64,000 bases of DNA from IMG/VR virus record IMGVR_UViG_3300006001_000012. The stretch is one strand, 5' to 3'. Each line of letters starts with the position of its first letter. Position 1 is the stretch's first letter. This DNA is from a virus. Positions 41,053 through 50,073 of this stretch are shown in pieces. The translations under genes were made by a program, and so were the position numbers. The notes under the pieces were generated by a model, which was not told the origin of the DNA, did no database searches, and saw nothing but the letters and a program-made list of their open reading frames with translations.

Positions 41053-42129
41053 TTATTTTAGAATTAAAAAATCCTTTTTCGCAGTGAGAATATCTTCTCT
41101 CCACTGATTTTCTTCATAGTATTTGTACTCGTCCAATAACTCTTCCCATCCTTTGATTCTAACCGAAACCTGAGTCATAGAATCTGGATTGAAAGTATGT
41201 CCGTATCTTCCTCTGTGCAGAAAAGACTGTTCGCATTTATAGAGTACGGGATCTCCGTGATACATCGTAGATTCTACTATAAAAGAAAAATAGAAAGTGA
41301 TTTCGTCTATTGCTCCTTTAAAATACCTGCCGAAACTAAAATTATTCTTTGCTGCTTCAATATACCATGCGGCTTGAATATCGTATCTGAACTTTTGCGC
41401 CTGCTGAGGAAAATAAATCACGGGTTCTGACATAGTCTTGAGATCCAGAATATGGATCTTGGCATGTTTCGTTTTATAATTGGATTGAGTTTGCACAATA
41501 TCAGGCAATGCCTTACAGAGTTTTTTGTTGGTTTCAAAATATATCGGAAACTGATAATAAGTGAAAACATCGGATTCTCTGAGCGCATTTCTGTCAAAGA
41601 AAGCCTTTGTTTTAGGACTTTCCCGCAAAGATTTTGCAATGTTTTGCGCATGAAGCATCTTTTCGGGACTTATTATTTTCCTTCCTTTGGCTTGCGTAAG
41701 CTGATTAAAATAACCGCTTCCTCTTTCAATTATCTTATTGAGTCGAGTTTCGTTCTTCCAATTATTCTGCCATCCAAAGCTGTTGATTACTTCCGTAATG
41801 GCATTGGGATACAACCCTATTTCCAAAGGTTCGTTTACATGCGTTTCTACCACGCTTTTATGAATGGCTTCCACCATCGCAGCTTCTGTTTCGCTGAGCG
41901 CATATTCTTCTTCGGGCACAAAATAAGTTTTTTCTGTTGCGCCTTCTTCTGAAAATAAAAGACAATCCACCAAAGAACCTAATTTCATAGGTTCGGTTTC
42001 TTCGACTTCCGTGTCTTTTACGATAAACTTTTGCATACCCGAAGTCAATCCTTTCAGCGTAGATTGATTTAATCTGTCGGAAGCATAATATTTCTCAATG
42101 CTTTCCTTACTTCCTATCATTAATCCCAT
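41053..42129 (-). CDS. PD-(D/E)xK exonuclease, RecE/exonuclease VIII-like
   Basis: LNQSTLK, MKLGSLVDCLL, YQFPIY, CKALPDIV, ILDLKT and FRYDIQAAWY. Confidence 0.8.
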   Translation of the reverse strand: MGLMIGSKESIEKYYASDRLNQSTLKGLTSGMQKFIVKDTEVEETEPMKLGSLVDCLLFSEEGATEKTYFVPEEEYALSETEAAMVEAIHKSVVETHVNEPLEIGLYPNAITEVINSFGWQNNWKNETRLNKIIERGSGYFNQLTQAKGRKIISPEKMLHAQNIAKSLRESPKTKAFFDRNALRESDVFTYYQFPIYFETNKKLCKALPDIVQTQSNYKTKHAKIHILDLKTMSEPVIYFPQQAQKFRYDIQAAWYIEAAKNNFSFGRYFKGAIDEITFYFSFIVESTMYHGDPVLYKCEQSFLHRGRYGHTFNPDSMTQVSVRIKGWEELLDEYKYYEENQWREDILTAKKDFLILK

Positions 42130-42515
42130 TTTTTTATTTTATTTATTAGTTGTTTAAAATCTTTAAAAGTCATGAACACCAATTGATCATACTCCGTTTT
42201 CTTTTTCCCTTTAGGAGATTGTTTATGGAGTATTCCTATCAAAAGAGCTTTTCTTTCCATAGAGTCTTTAGAAAATATTTTTTCTGTTTCTTCTTTGGTG
42301 TACTGCAAAACAGAGGAGGCATTGAACCCCCTCTGCAAGCCCGCTTTAATCTGCACGTTAAAGGGCAGATTAATCAAATCAATTCCCGCGTTGTCATGTT
42401 GCTTGCTTCCAAATCTGGAAGTTACGCATCTGTCAAAGCCCATTTTTCTAAACTCTCCCGCATAAATTTGTTCTGCGCGATGTCCCTTTTTTCTGTTCTG
42501 CTTTCCGTTAGTCAT
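42120..42515 (-). CDS. Holliday-junction resolvase-like PD-(D/E)xK endonuclease
   Basis: RKKGHRAEQ...DNAGIDL...NVQIK in a small basic protein. Confidence 0.7.
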   Translation of the reverse strand: MTNGKQNRKKGHRAEQIYAGEFRKMGFDRCVTSRFGSKQHDNAGIDLINLPFNVQIKAGLQRGFNASSVLQYTKEETEKIFSKDSMERKALLIGILHKQSPKGKKKTEYDQLVFMTFKDFKQLINKIKKWD

Positions 42516-43287
42516 GCGACTCGTTGTTTGTTCTCGTAAATTTAATCAACTTTTTCAAGTCGAGTTTATTTATGTATTCTTCTTTTTCCTGTTCGAGACG
42601 GAAAGACTGACTTAACATAGAGACGTCTTTTTCGGGAAAAAGAATATCTTCTAACTTTTTCGCAGTGCAATGCACCAAATCTACGCGGTGTTTTGCGCAT
42701 ATCGAAATGTAAAAAGAATTAAGAATTTTGAACAAATGTTTATATGCGGGAACAGAAATCAATTCGTATGACACATACAGTCTGTAATACTGAGGCTCGT
42801 TGTATCTGTCATAGGTGCGAAGCATCGGTTTTTTCTCTGCCATAGAAAACGAAAAATTGCAAGTAGTCATCGCCAACAATATTTCTTCCTGCGCGGAAAG
42901 AATCAATCCTGGATATACCGAAATCGTAAAAGGACTTACCTTGCTTTTGTAAACCAATGTACGAGGCGTAGAATATCCCGTAATGCTTTCATAAAGTTTG
43001 TCTTTATGAAACTTTATGGAATTTTCCAACGGGGTGCGAGGTTTGAAATAGATTGCAAAATTCTCATAAGTCATCAAATGCGTGTTTTTGCTTACGTGAT
43101 ACAACATATCTATATATAAAGGATGATACTTTCTTTCATGCTCTTCCTTTATGAGAAATGAACCTGCTTTGCTCGTATTTACCTGCATAAACCAACTCAT
43201 TTCCTGAATATTTCCTTCATGGTCGAGACCCAATACATTTCTCAGTTCAAAAGGAATGTCATATTTATATTTTATCGGATCTGTCAT
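42508..43287 (-). CDS. Hypothetical protein translationally coupled to the E1 gene
   Basis: 259-aa ORF whose ATG overlaps the TGA of the ThiF-family gene. Confidence 0.65.
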   Translation of the reverse strand: MTDPIKYKYDIPFELRNVLGLDHEGNIQEMSWFMQVNTSKAGSFLIKEEHERKYHPLYIDMLYHVSKNTHLMTYENFAIYFKPRTPLENSIKFHKDKLYESITGYSTPRTLVYKSKVSPFTISVYPGLILSAQEEILLAMTTCNFSFSMAEKKPMLRTYDRYNEPQYYRLYVSYELISVPAYKHLFKILNSFYISICAKHRVDLVHCTAKKLEDILFPEKDVSMLSQSFRLEQEKEEYINKLDLKKLIKFTRTNNESHD

Positions 43288-43979
43288 AACTCGGAAGTTA
43301 AATTCATCGGAAGAAAATATTCATAAAAGAAAGGCACATTCCTGATTTTCTGTTTCGCAATCATATTGCTTATATGATTGGTAAAGAAACCTGTCATAAG
43401 TCCTCCGATTACGGCAGCTATGTGAGAAGTCTGTCTCATAGTGCAAGGCGCATCCTCTACTTCTGAATCCTCGAACAAATATTCCTGATCATATTGTTCT
43501 ATGGTATTCTTTGTTACGCAGAAGATTTGCAATTGCTCCATCAAAAGCCTTCCGTCTATAAAGATAGGTTCTATTCCCGTATCCTCGCGTATAAACTGAT
43601 ACGATCTTTTCCATACTTCAAACATATCTCTTCTCGCGGTCATGTTGTCAAAAGCAGAAAAGCAAAAAGGACAGGTAGCGGTGCTTTGAGTCAATTTTAC
43701 GGCATACTCCGTGATGTCCACATTGGCAAAATTCCTTATCATGTAACGGAGCGCGGTAGTCTTATGACGGGTAACGTCATTTATAGTATAGAGCTGACCT
43801 CCCAGATTATGCAGTTCTACATGGTCTGGGTCATATACTACTATTTCAAATCCCGCTCTTGCCAAAAATAAAGCAAGCCAGCTTCCTATTCCTCCCGCGC
43901 CTCCTATTACCGCTTTATGTTTGCCTCCGTCTTTGCTGAACCAGGGGGCATCTTTAAATCTTTCGCTTATGGTTGTCAT
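43284..43979 (-). CDS. E1-like ThiF/MoeB-family adenylating enzyme
   Basis: RF near the N-terminus, GAGGIGS, DPDHVELHNLGGQLY, K, SAFDN..AR, FIDGR, and a candidate catalytic Cys179 in EDAPCT (43443-43445). Confidence 0.92.
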   Translation of the reverse strand: MTTISERFKDAPWFSKDGGKHKAVIGGAGGIGSWLALFLARAGFEIVVYDPDHVELHNLGGQLYTINDVTRHKTTALRYMIRNFANVDITEYAVKLTQSTATCPFCFSAFDNMTARRDMFEVWKRSYQFIREDTGIEPIFIDGRLLMEQLQIFCVTKNTIEQYDQEYLFEDSEVEDAPCTMRQTSHIAAVIGGLMTGFFTNHISNMIAKQKIRNVPFFYEYFLPMNLTSEL

Positions 43980-45207
43980 GTTTTTTATTGTTAAAATTAA
44001 TTGCGCCTAATACTTTAGCGATAGTTTCTGCTATCGGAAACATATCTTTTAAATTTTCTAAATGATTGATACACTCTCCGAGCACAAATCTTTTCTTTTC
44101 TTTTTCGCTCAGAGATACTCCTTTTCTCATAATGACCTGATCTCCGAAATGCAGATTATACAATTCTGTAAAATCATTTTTGTCGATCTCGATATAATAA
44201 GGTTCAGATTCTCCTGCTATAATGATATGATCCTGCTCTAAATCTCTGAGCATAGAGGTCAGATAATAACAAGTGGGAGAATCTTCATCCGATAGAAGCT
44301 GTATTAAAAATTCTTCTATCAGCACATCAATCTCGGTATCTTTGATTTCTTTCTTTTTCTTTTCTCCGAGATGAGGTTTTAATGCGTTTTCTATCTCATT
44401 CAGTTGTTTTAACTGATCTGCGGCAGGATTGCGATATGACCCGTCTGGAAATCTGCTTCCCGTAGGCATATACACATTTGAAGAACCGTATAAACTCTGC
44501 GCAGAAGCATGAAAAGAAGGAACTTTTGCCGCTTCGATAATGCTTTCTACATTGTCCAGAAATAATTTGTCAAGCGCGGGAACGATAGGTTCTGTAAATA
44601 TAGAACAGTCATGCACTATCATTTCCTCAGAAACAAAATTGACGTTTCTTTTAAAAGTCTTATACTTCTTTCCTTCTTCGTCTGTGGCAAAGAAATCTTC
44701 TTCTGCTGTTTTTGTCATTATGGATTTGAAAGCTATTTTAGCGGTCATTTCCAATTTGTTGTTCACGATCAAAGAAAGATAAAAGCTATGCGCTCCGCAA
44801 TTGTCTTTTAATTCAGACACGTCAGTTCCGCTAAAGAAAACAGGCATGGTGTTATGCGAATGAATAAGACCTATTCTCCATTTCTTGCGAATGGTATCGG
44901 GTCTTTCATTGAAATAATCAATCATCTTGTCATCGTATCCCGAACCGTCTCTTTTAGGTTCGTTAAATTGATATTCCGTATAGGCTTGACTCCCTTTGTT
45001 CATGGGAATAATGTCCTCTGCGGTCAATTCCAATTCTTTGGGATTTTTGATAGTTCCTTTTACGGAATAGAGAAGTATGCCCGACCATTCTACTTCTCTG
45101 ATTACTTTACAGAGATAGTTTATCTTCTCATGTACCAACGCAGGAATGAAGAGTTTTACCACTTCTTGTTGCGTACCTTCGATTTTAGTTTCCAATAAGT
45201 CTTTCAT
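43954..45207 (-). CDS. JAB/MPN+ (JAMM) metalloprotease with a C-terminal extension
   Basis: EVEWSG followed by IHSHNTMPVFFSGTD (44821-44862) gives an intact E...HxH-x7-S-x2-D motif. Confidence 0.9.
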   Translation of the reverse strand: MKDLLETKIEGTQQEVVKLFIPALVHEKINYLCKVIREVEWSGILLYSVKGTIKNPKELELTAEDIIPMNKGSQAYTEYQFNEPKRDGSGYDDKMIDYFNERPDTIRKKWRIGLIHSHNTMPVFFSGTDVSELKDNCGAHSFYLSLIVNNKLEMTAKIAFKSIMTKTAEEDFFATDEEGKKYKTFKRNVNFVSEEMIVHDCSIFTEPIVPALDKLFLDNVESIIEAAKVPSFHASAQSLYGSSNVYMPTGSRFPDGSYRNPAADQLKQLNEIENALKPHLGEKKKKEIKDTEIDVLIEEFLIQLLSDEDSPTCYYLTSMLRDLEQDHIIIAGESEPYYIEIDKNDFTELYNLHFGDQVIMRKGVSLSEKEKKRFVLGECINHLENLKDMFPIAETIAKVLGAINFNNKKHDNHKRKI

Positions 45208-46408
45208 TTCGTTGTTTAATTAATTCTATAAATAACATTTTTTCCATTTCTTGAATGGCATACCCTTTAAATCCAGGATCGATTTCAAACCCAGAAGTGT
45301 CGTACAGATTATCTGACTCATTTGGTTTTTCAATGGTCAGCGTTACTTTCTTGTCTCTGAACCACCAATGATCGTCATCTACTTTCATCTGATGAACGAG
45401 AGTTTCTCTGTAACTCATATTTCTTGTGCCGTTTTCAAACCAATACTTTGTATTTGCTCCCGCCACATAATAAATTCCTTCCGCATAATCTAAATCGCAG
45501 TCAAGACCGTTTCTCAGAAATTTGTCAAACAGTTCGTCATTTTTAATTCCGAACCGATCTCCTTTATAAACAAAATTCAAATCTGGACATCCCCATTGCG
45601 AATAACACAGATAGATATATTTCCACGTTCTGTCAAAATTTCCCGTGATTTTTCCGTCTGCGAGATTTTTGGGAAGAGTCAGTTTATCCATCTGCACATA
45701 AGGCACTCCTTCCAATGATTCCCATTTGAGATAATCTTCCAATGACAGCAAAAGAAGCTGAAAAAGTTCTTCTTTATATCCGTTTACTCTGATTGCCCTG
45801 AGCAATTTCTGCAAAGGCGTTTCATTGCCCAGACAAAAAGTATGTCCAATGTCAAAAGGTTTATGATTGGTATATTTTGCCGTATGCAAATGCGAATGAG
45901 AATAATTCAAAAAGAACTCGTCATAATTAAGATACGCTCTGCATCCTCCGATTTGAGTATCGAAATAAAATCTGGGTTTCTTATGTATTCCTTCCTGACA
46001 AGAATTGTCGGTGCCTTCGCTTTCCATGCTAGAAGCATTAGACTCTATATGAAGAAATACATAAAGTTCTTTTATCAGATGTTTTTCTTTGAACGCATTG
46101 ACAATTTTAATTTTTGGATAATACAATGCCACATACATTCCAAATCTGTCCAATTCCCAATTCTCCGCAAAAGGATAATAATAGAAATCCCAATTATTTC
46201 CCATCGTAGTATTAAGTATATCAATCATGGAATCAATTTGCTTGGCAAATACATAGGCTTCTTTAGGTCTTACTGCGGAAAGTCTGTCTGCTTTTGCCAT
46301 CTCATAGATATATTGTGTTTTTCTGGTTTTTCCGTGTATGCAGTCCTGCAACAATTTCTTGTAAGGACTGCCTGCTCTGCAATATTTTATAGGTTCGTGC
46401 AATAACAT
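45185..46408 (-). CDS. Prokaryotic E2/UBC-like conjugating enzyme
   Basis: Beta-meander, then YSHSHL...FCLG (Cys192, 45833-45835), then helices ending YLKWES. This follows the H-P-[NH]...C-L-G pattern of E2 folds. The gene lies between the Ubl and JAB genes. Confidence 0.7.
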   Translation of the reverse strand: MLLHEPIKYCRAGSPYKKLLQDCIHGKTRKTQYIYEMAKADRLSAVRPKEAYVFAKQIDSMIDILNTTMGNNWDFYYYPFAENWELDRFGMYVALYYPKIKIVNAFKEKHLIKELYVFLHIESNASSMESEGTDNSCQEGIHKKPRFYFDTQIGGCRAYLNYDEFFLNYSHSHLHTAKYTNHKPFDIGHTFCLGNETPLQKLLRAIRVNGYKEELFQLLLLSLEDYLKWESLEGVPYVQMDKLTLPKNLADGKITGNFDRTWKYIYLCYSQWGCPDLNFVYKGDRFGIKNDELFDKFLRNGLDCDLDYAEGIYYVAGANTKYWFENGTRNMSYRETLVHQMKVDDDHWWFRDKKVTLTIEKPNESDNLYDTSGFEIDPGFKGYAIQEMEKMLFIELIKQRNERLIGN

Positions 46409-46444
46409 AATTTATTTGTTTATTGTAATAATTAAATAAAACAA

Positions 46445-46472
46445 AAGAAGCAAGGAATTACCCTTGCTTCTT
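46445..46472 (-). terminator. Intrinsic terminator between the Ubl gene and the E2 gene
   Basis: Perfect 11-bp stem aagaagcaagg-N6-ccttgcttctt, followed on the - strand by TTGTTTTATTT. It lies 21 nt after the Ubl stop codon. Confidence 0.8.
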
Positions 46473-46493
46473 CGTTTCAAAAATCAAATCAGA

Positions 46494-47351
46494 CTACACG
46501 CTGTCTTTTTCTAATTCTTCATACCCTTTTTGAAGAGCGGCAAGTTTAGGATCTTCAGGCGCGTCAAAACCTTCTTCTTCTACCTCACTGTCTTCATCAT
46601 CGTCCTCATCATCCTCATTGCTCTCGTTCCTTACGTCATCTTCATCATAATCCGATTCATGATCTTCTCCGTCTCCTTCTTCGTCATCTTCATCGTCAGG
46701 ATCAGTTTGCGCATTGAAACCTTTTTCAAGTTCGCTTACTACTGTTTTCACATCCTCAGGCAAGTCATATGCCTGTTTTACGTCAGGTGCAGTGCAATTC
46801 AGAGGAGTTTCTGTTTTTGCATTTTCCAATTCTTTGGAGAAATGGAGACGCACAAACTTTTCAAAATTCGTGAAAGCCTGAATCAAGAGCACATAGAATT
46901 TGAGCGCTTCTTGAATGAAGTAATCCTGTTTTTGAGCATTGAATTCAATGTCTCCGTAGCGGGCTTCAAAAGCAATGATTTCCTGACGGATAGTTTCCGC
47001 AGGAAGTTCAGCGAGGGATTTTCCCCCGTTTGCTTTTTTTATCGCTTCTTCTAGTTGAACAGAACGCTTTGCATAAAATGCAAGGTCTCGGTGAGACATG
47101 TGGTTCAATGCGTCTATTCCCAATCCCGATTTGGTTTTCACGGGGCGGAGATAAAGCACAAAATCTCCTGCAGGAAGTTTGGCATTGGGATGCGTAAAGG
47201 AAGTTTTCCCCACGCTTTCCGTAGGATTGAGATTATCCAACGCATAATGCTCTTGTACCAGAGGTTTCAATTCGCTCCATACTGTAGCAGCCGTTTTGAT
47301 TTCTATGTATGTTCCGTTAGTGGAAAATACGGTTATTTTTCTTTCGTTCAT
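46494..47351 (-). CDS. Ubiquitin-like (beta-grasp) domain fused to a helical/acidic passenger
   Basis: Residues 1-76 show a beta-beta-alpha-beta-beta pattern (RKITVFST, YIEIKT, TVWSELKPLV, ...LPAGDFVLYLRP) ending in VKTKSG. A helical region and a D/E-rich tail follow. The gene is adjacent to E2, JAB and E1. Confidence 0.75.
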   Translation of the reverse strand: MNERKITVFSTNGTYIEIKTAATVWSELKPLVQEHYALDNLNPTESVGKTSFTHPNAKLPAGDFVLYLRPVKTKSGLGIDALNHMSHRDLAFYAKRSVQLEEAIKKANGGKSLAELPAETIRQEIIAFEARYGDIEFNAQKQDYFIQEALKFYVLLIQAFTNFEKFVRLHFSKELENAKTETPLNCTAPDVKQAYDLPEDVKTVVSELEKGFNAQTDPDDEDDEEGDGEDHESDYDEDDVRNESNEDDEDDDEDSEVEEEGFDAPEDPKLAALQKGYEELEKDSV

Positions 47352-47381
47352 GACTATTGTTTTTAAAATTTAAAAGTTTAC

Positions 47382-48095
47382 TTACCATTTAATAAAACAA
47401 GACTTTGTTCTTTTCAGAATTTCATTTGCCTTGTAAAAGTGTTTGCATCCCTGAAATTTAATTCTGGAAGAGGGATGCTCCGCTTCCAGAATATAATTGA
47501 ACTCGCTGTTCATGGGTATTTCCTTAACCTGTTCTATGTCATGTTTGACTTCTATATGAGGTCTGTCTTTTATGTGGTTTTTAATCCACATAGAATACTG
47601 TCCCCATATCATCCATATACAAGGCGTATGACGACTTATCATAGACACTGTTTCTCTCATAAAATTCCTCCATTGAGCAGGATGACCTATTCCGTCTCTT
47701 ACTTCGGAAGTAAGCGAAAGATTCAACAACAGAACGCCTTGCTTGGCAAGATATTCCATTGAAGTTTTATCAGGATCATCGCTTAAAGGAACTTCATTTG
47801 ATTTGATTTCGCCTTGAATGACATTTAACGCAAAAGCTCTTCGCTTATTGACGCTTGGATTTGTTATTCCGTAGGCTAATCCGTTATTCATGTCCGTGAT
47901 ATAAGGATTATATCCCGTGATGACGACTTTGATTTCGCTCAGAGGCACTTGAAAAGCATTGAATACGCATTTCTTTTCAGGTCTTATTCCGCGCACTATC
48001 CAATCTTCAAAAAGGTTCGACAAAGGATATACAGAAAGGTGTTTGAACAGAAAGCCCCAGCTTTCGTCAAACTGTTTTTGAAAAATGTCTTCCAT
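47382..48095 (-). CDS. ung: Uracil-DNA glycosylase, family-1 scaffold with variant motif A
   Basis: VFNAF, KVVITGYNPY, GLAY, LAKQGVLLLN.SLT, H...W, WG, HPS and FQGCKHFYKAN. Confidence 0.88.
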   Translation of the reverse strand: MEDIFQKQFDESWGFLFKHLSVYPLSNLFEDWIVRGIRPEKKCVFNAFQVPLSEIKVVITGYNPYITDMNNGLAYGITNPSVNKRRAFALNVIQGEIKSNEVPLSDDPDKTSMEYLAKQGVLLLNLSLTSEVRDGIGHPAQWRNFMRETVSMISRHTPCIWMIWGQYSMWIKNHIKDRPHIEVKHDIEQVKEIPMNSEFNYILEAEHPSSRIKFQGCKHFYKANEILKRTKSCFIKW

Positions 48096-48119
48096 CTCTT
48101 AATTTGATTTTTGATTTCT

Positions 48120-49145
48120 TTACCTTAGATTTTCATGAAGCAAATTTCCCAAAAAATGTTCTCCTCTCAGTCTCCTTACGTCTGCAGGGTCTTTCTCCAA
48201 TCCCATAGGGATAGAATAAGCCATTGCTTTGTTTCCGAACTCTTTATTGATGATTCGGGTTAATTTGTCGGAAGCTGATATTCCAGGCAAATCATTGTCG
48301 AAAAATACAGTAATTCTCTTAGCTCTGTCGCAAAGACATTTGAGTTTCTCTTTGCACGGAAACATGCCTTCGTTCTGAAACCAGACGGATTGGTATCCGC
48401 AGTTCCGCAGTACTCGGCAATCTTTGTACGACTTTGAAATAATCAAATGCTCCACAGAAGCATCGAGGGTTTTTAAACCCCCGATGTCGTCTGCTTTGCA
48501 ATTTGTGATAAACTTGCCTTTTCCTTTTTGAAAGGGCGTATAAATCTTTTTTCTTTCCTGTTCAAAACCGCTCAGCGCATAACATGCTTTATAGGGACTG
48601 AATACCCATGTGCCTTTTTTGGCGGTGGTCATGTGCACCCGTTTTACGGGAAAGATTTCATCGTCATTCAAATTTTTGCTGCTGATTCCGTAAGGTTGCC
48701 AATACCTTCTGTCTCTTTGTTCAAATTCCCGCGTTTCGGTTCGGATTATAGTCTCCTGTATTTGTGCCCGCGCAATTGAACTCTGACGTTTTAACGGAAT
48801 CATCGTATCCTCATTGCCAGAAATAAAAAACTCATAAAGAGTCTGTATGGTATCTTGAAAATTGGAAGTGCCGAAGTAATGGCTTGCCGCGTTAAAACAA
48901 TCCATATGGGTTCTTCCTCCGCTTCCAAAATCAATAAACCACAGTTTCCCTTTATAATATTCAAACCAACATCCCGCATTTCGATCTTCTCTGAAAGGAG
49001 ATGTATAGAGTTTTCCGACATGAGGCTTCTCCTCAAAAACCAACTCAAAAATATCTTCTTCTGAAACATATTTGAGTATTTCGCTCTTGTCTAAATAGCC
49101 TCTCTCAATTCGGGCTATTTGCTTATAATCTAATTTGTAAGACAT
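48120..49145 (-). CDS. dnaG: DnaG-type primase (crAss-like)
   Basis: Degenerate Zn-binding region SPFREDRNAGC...DFG...DCF, and TOPRIM motifs IISKSYKD, FFDNDLPG and KDPAD. Confidence 0.8.
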   Translation of the reverse strand: MSYKLDYKQIARIERGYLDKSEILKYVSEEDIFELVFEEKPHVGKLYTSPFREDRNAGCWFEYYKGKLWFIDFGSGGRTHMDCFNAASHYFGTSNFQDTIQTLYEFFISGNEDTMIPLKRQSSIARAQIQETIIRTETREFEQRDRRYWQPYGISSKNLNDDEIFPVKRVHMTTAKKGTWVFSPYKACYALSGFEQERKKIYTPFQKGKGKFITNCKADDIGGLKTLDASVEHLIISKSYKDCRVLRNCGYQSVWFQNEGMFPCKEKLKCLCDRAKRITVFFDNDLPGISASDKLTRIINKEFGNKAMAYSIPMGLEKDPADVRRLRGEHFLGNLLHENLR

Positions 49146-49184
49146 AAAAGATATTTTTAATTGGTTTCTGTTTTTGTTTTCTCT

Positions 49185-50042
49185 TTATTCCCAAGTAGCC
49201 GCAGCTCCCGTATTCTTTCCTCCCGTGAAGGAAGGCATCGGAGGAATATTCATATTGGGAAGTTTCATATATTCTGCCCTTCCCCCGCGAGACTCTTTGG
49301 TTTCGTCTATTTGCTGATTGGCTTTTTCGCTTTTCATGTACTCTTCGTCCCTTACAAAAGGATGAATGTTTTCTGCCGCGTCAATATATCGAAGTCCTTT
49401 GCGGGTTTCGATTTTAAGACTTGCGGTAGCAGTTTGCCATTCTCTTTGCTCAATCCATTTTCCTCCTTTGGGTTCAACAGATTTGCAGAGCCACCTTCCT
49501 CCTTTCATGTTGGGAGGAATTTGCAAATAGGTTTTAGATTGACCCGCAGAAATATTCCATTGATATTCCAAGAATACGTCCATCGGATTATTCTGGTATC
49601 CGTTGGGCACAAGAGACGTGATTACTTTAATATAATCTCCGAAACTTCCGAAAGGCTGTTTCAAAGTTTGTTTAAGCAATTCGTCATTTACGCCTATGGC
49701 TTTGAGAATATGATTGCAAGTGCCCGATACCTGATTTACGGCTTCGTTGTACTTCTTGATGTATTCATCGGAAGTTTTGTCCACCAGCAACTCTTTGTTT
49801 TTCCCGAATACGCGGGTTACTTCAAATACCCTCAATCGTTGTTCTTTTTCTCCGATTTTTATGGCTACTTCAAGCGCGTCCAATACCGCGTTGTCTTTGC
49901 CTGCATGGGGATTGTGAAAAATCTCCGTAACAAAGCATCCTGAATTAAGTCCGAAGAGAAACCACGCTTTCCCTCCTCCTGAACTTTTAAGCGATTCATC
50001 TTCATCGCTTACATACCCGAAACCTTTCAATTGTTCACTCAT
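49185..50042 (-). CDS. Putative single-stranded DNA-binding protein
   Basis: Lies between the AAA ATPase region and the primase. It has a beta-rich core and a flexible C-terminal tail ending in TWE. No diagnostic motif is present. Confidence 0.4.
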   Translation of the reverse strand: MSEQLKGFGYVSDEDESLKSSGGGKAWFLFGLNSGCFVTEIFHNPHAGKDNAVLDALEVAIKIGEKEQRLRVFEVTRVFGKNKELLVDKTSDEYIKKYNEAVNQVSGTCNHILKAIGVNDELLKQTLKQPFGSFGDYIKVITSLVPNGYQNNPMDVFLEYQWNISAGQSKTYLQIPPNMKGGRWLCKSVEPKGGKWIEQREWQTATASLKIETRKGLRYIDAAENIHPFVRDEEYMKSEKANQQIDETKESRGGRAEYMKLPNMNIPPMPSFTGGKNTGAAATWE

Positions 50043-50073
50043 AACTGTTTTATTTAATTGTTTATTTATTTAT

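Noticed and set aside
43284..43979. Thiamine or molybdopterin biosynthesis (ThiF/MoeB) as an auxiliary metabolic gene
   Set aside because: No ThiS/MoaD, ThiG, MoaE or rhodanese is nearby, and the two Zn-binding CxxC pairs are not in their usual C-terminal positions. The neighbours are E2, JAB and Ubl.
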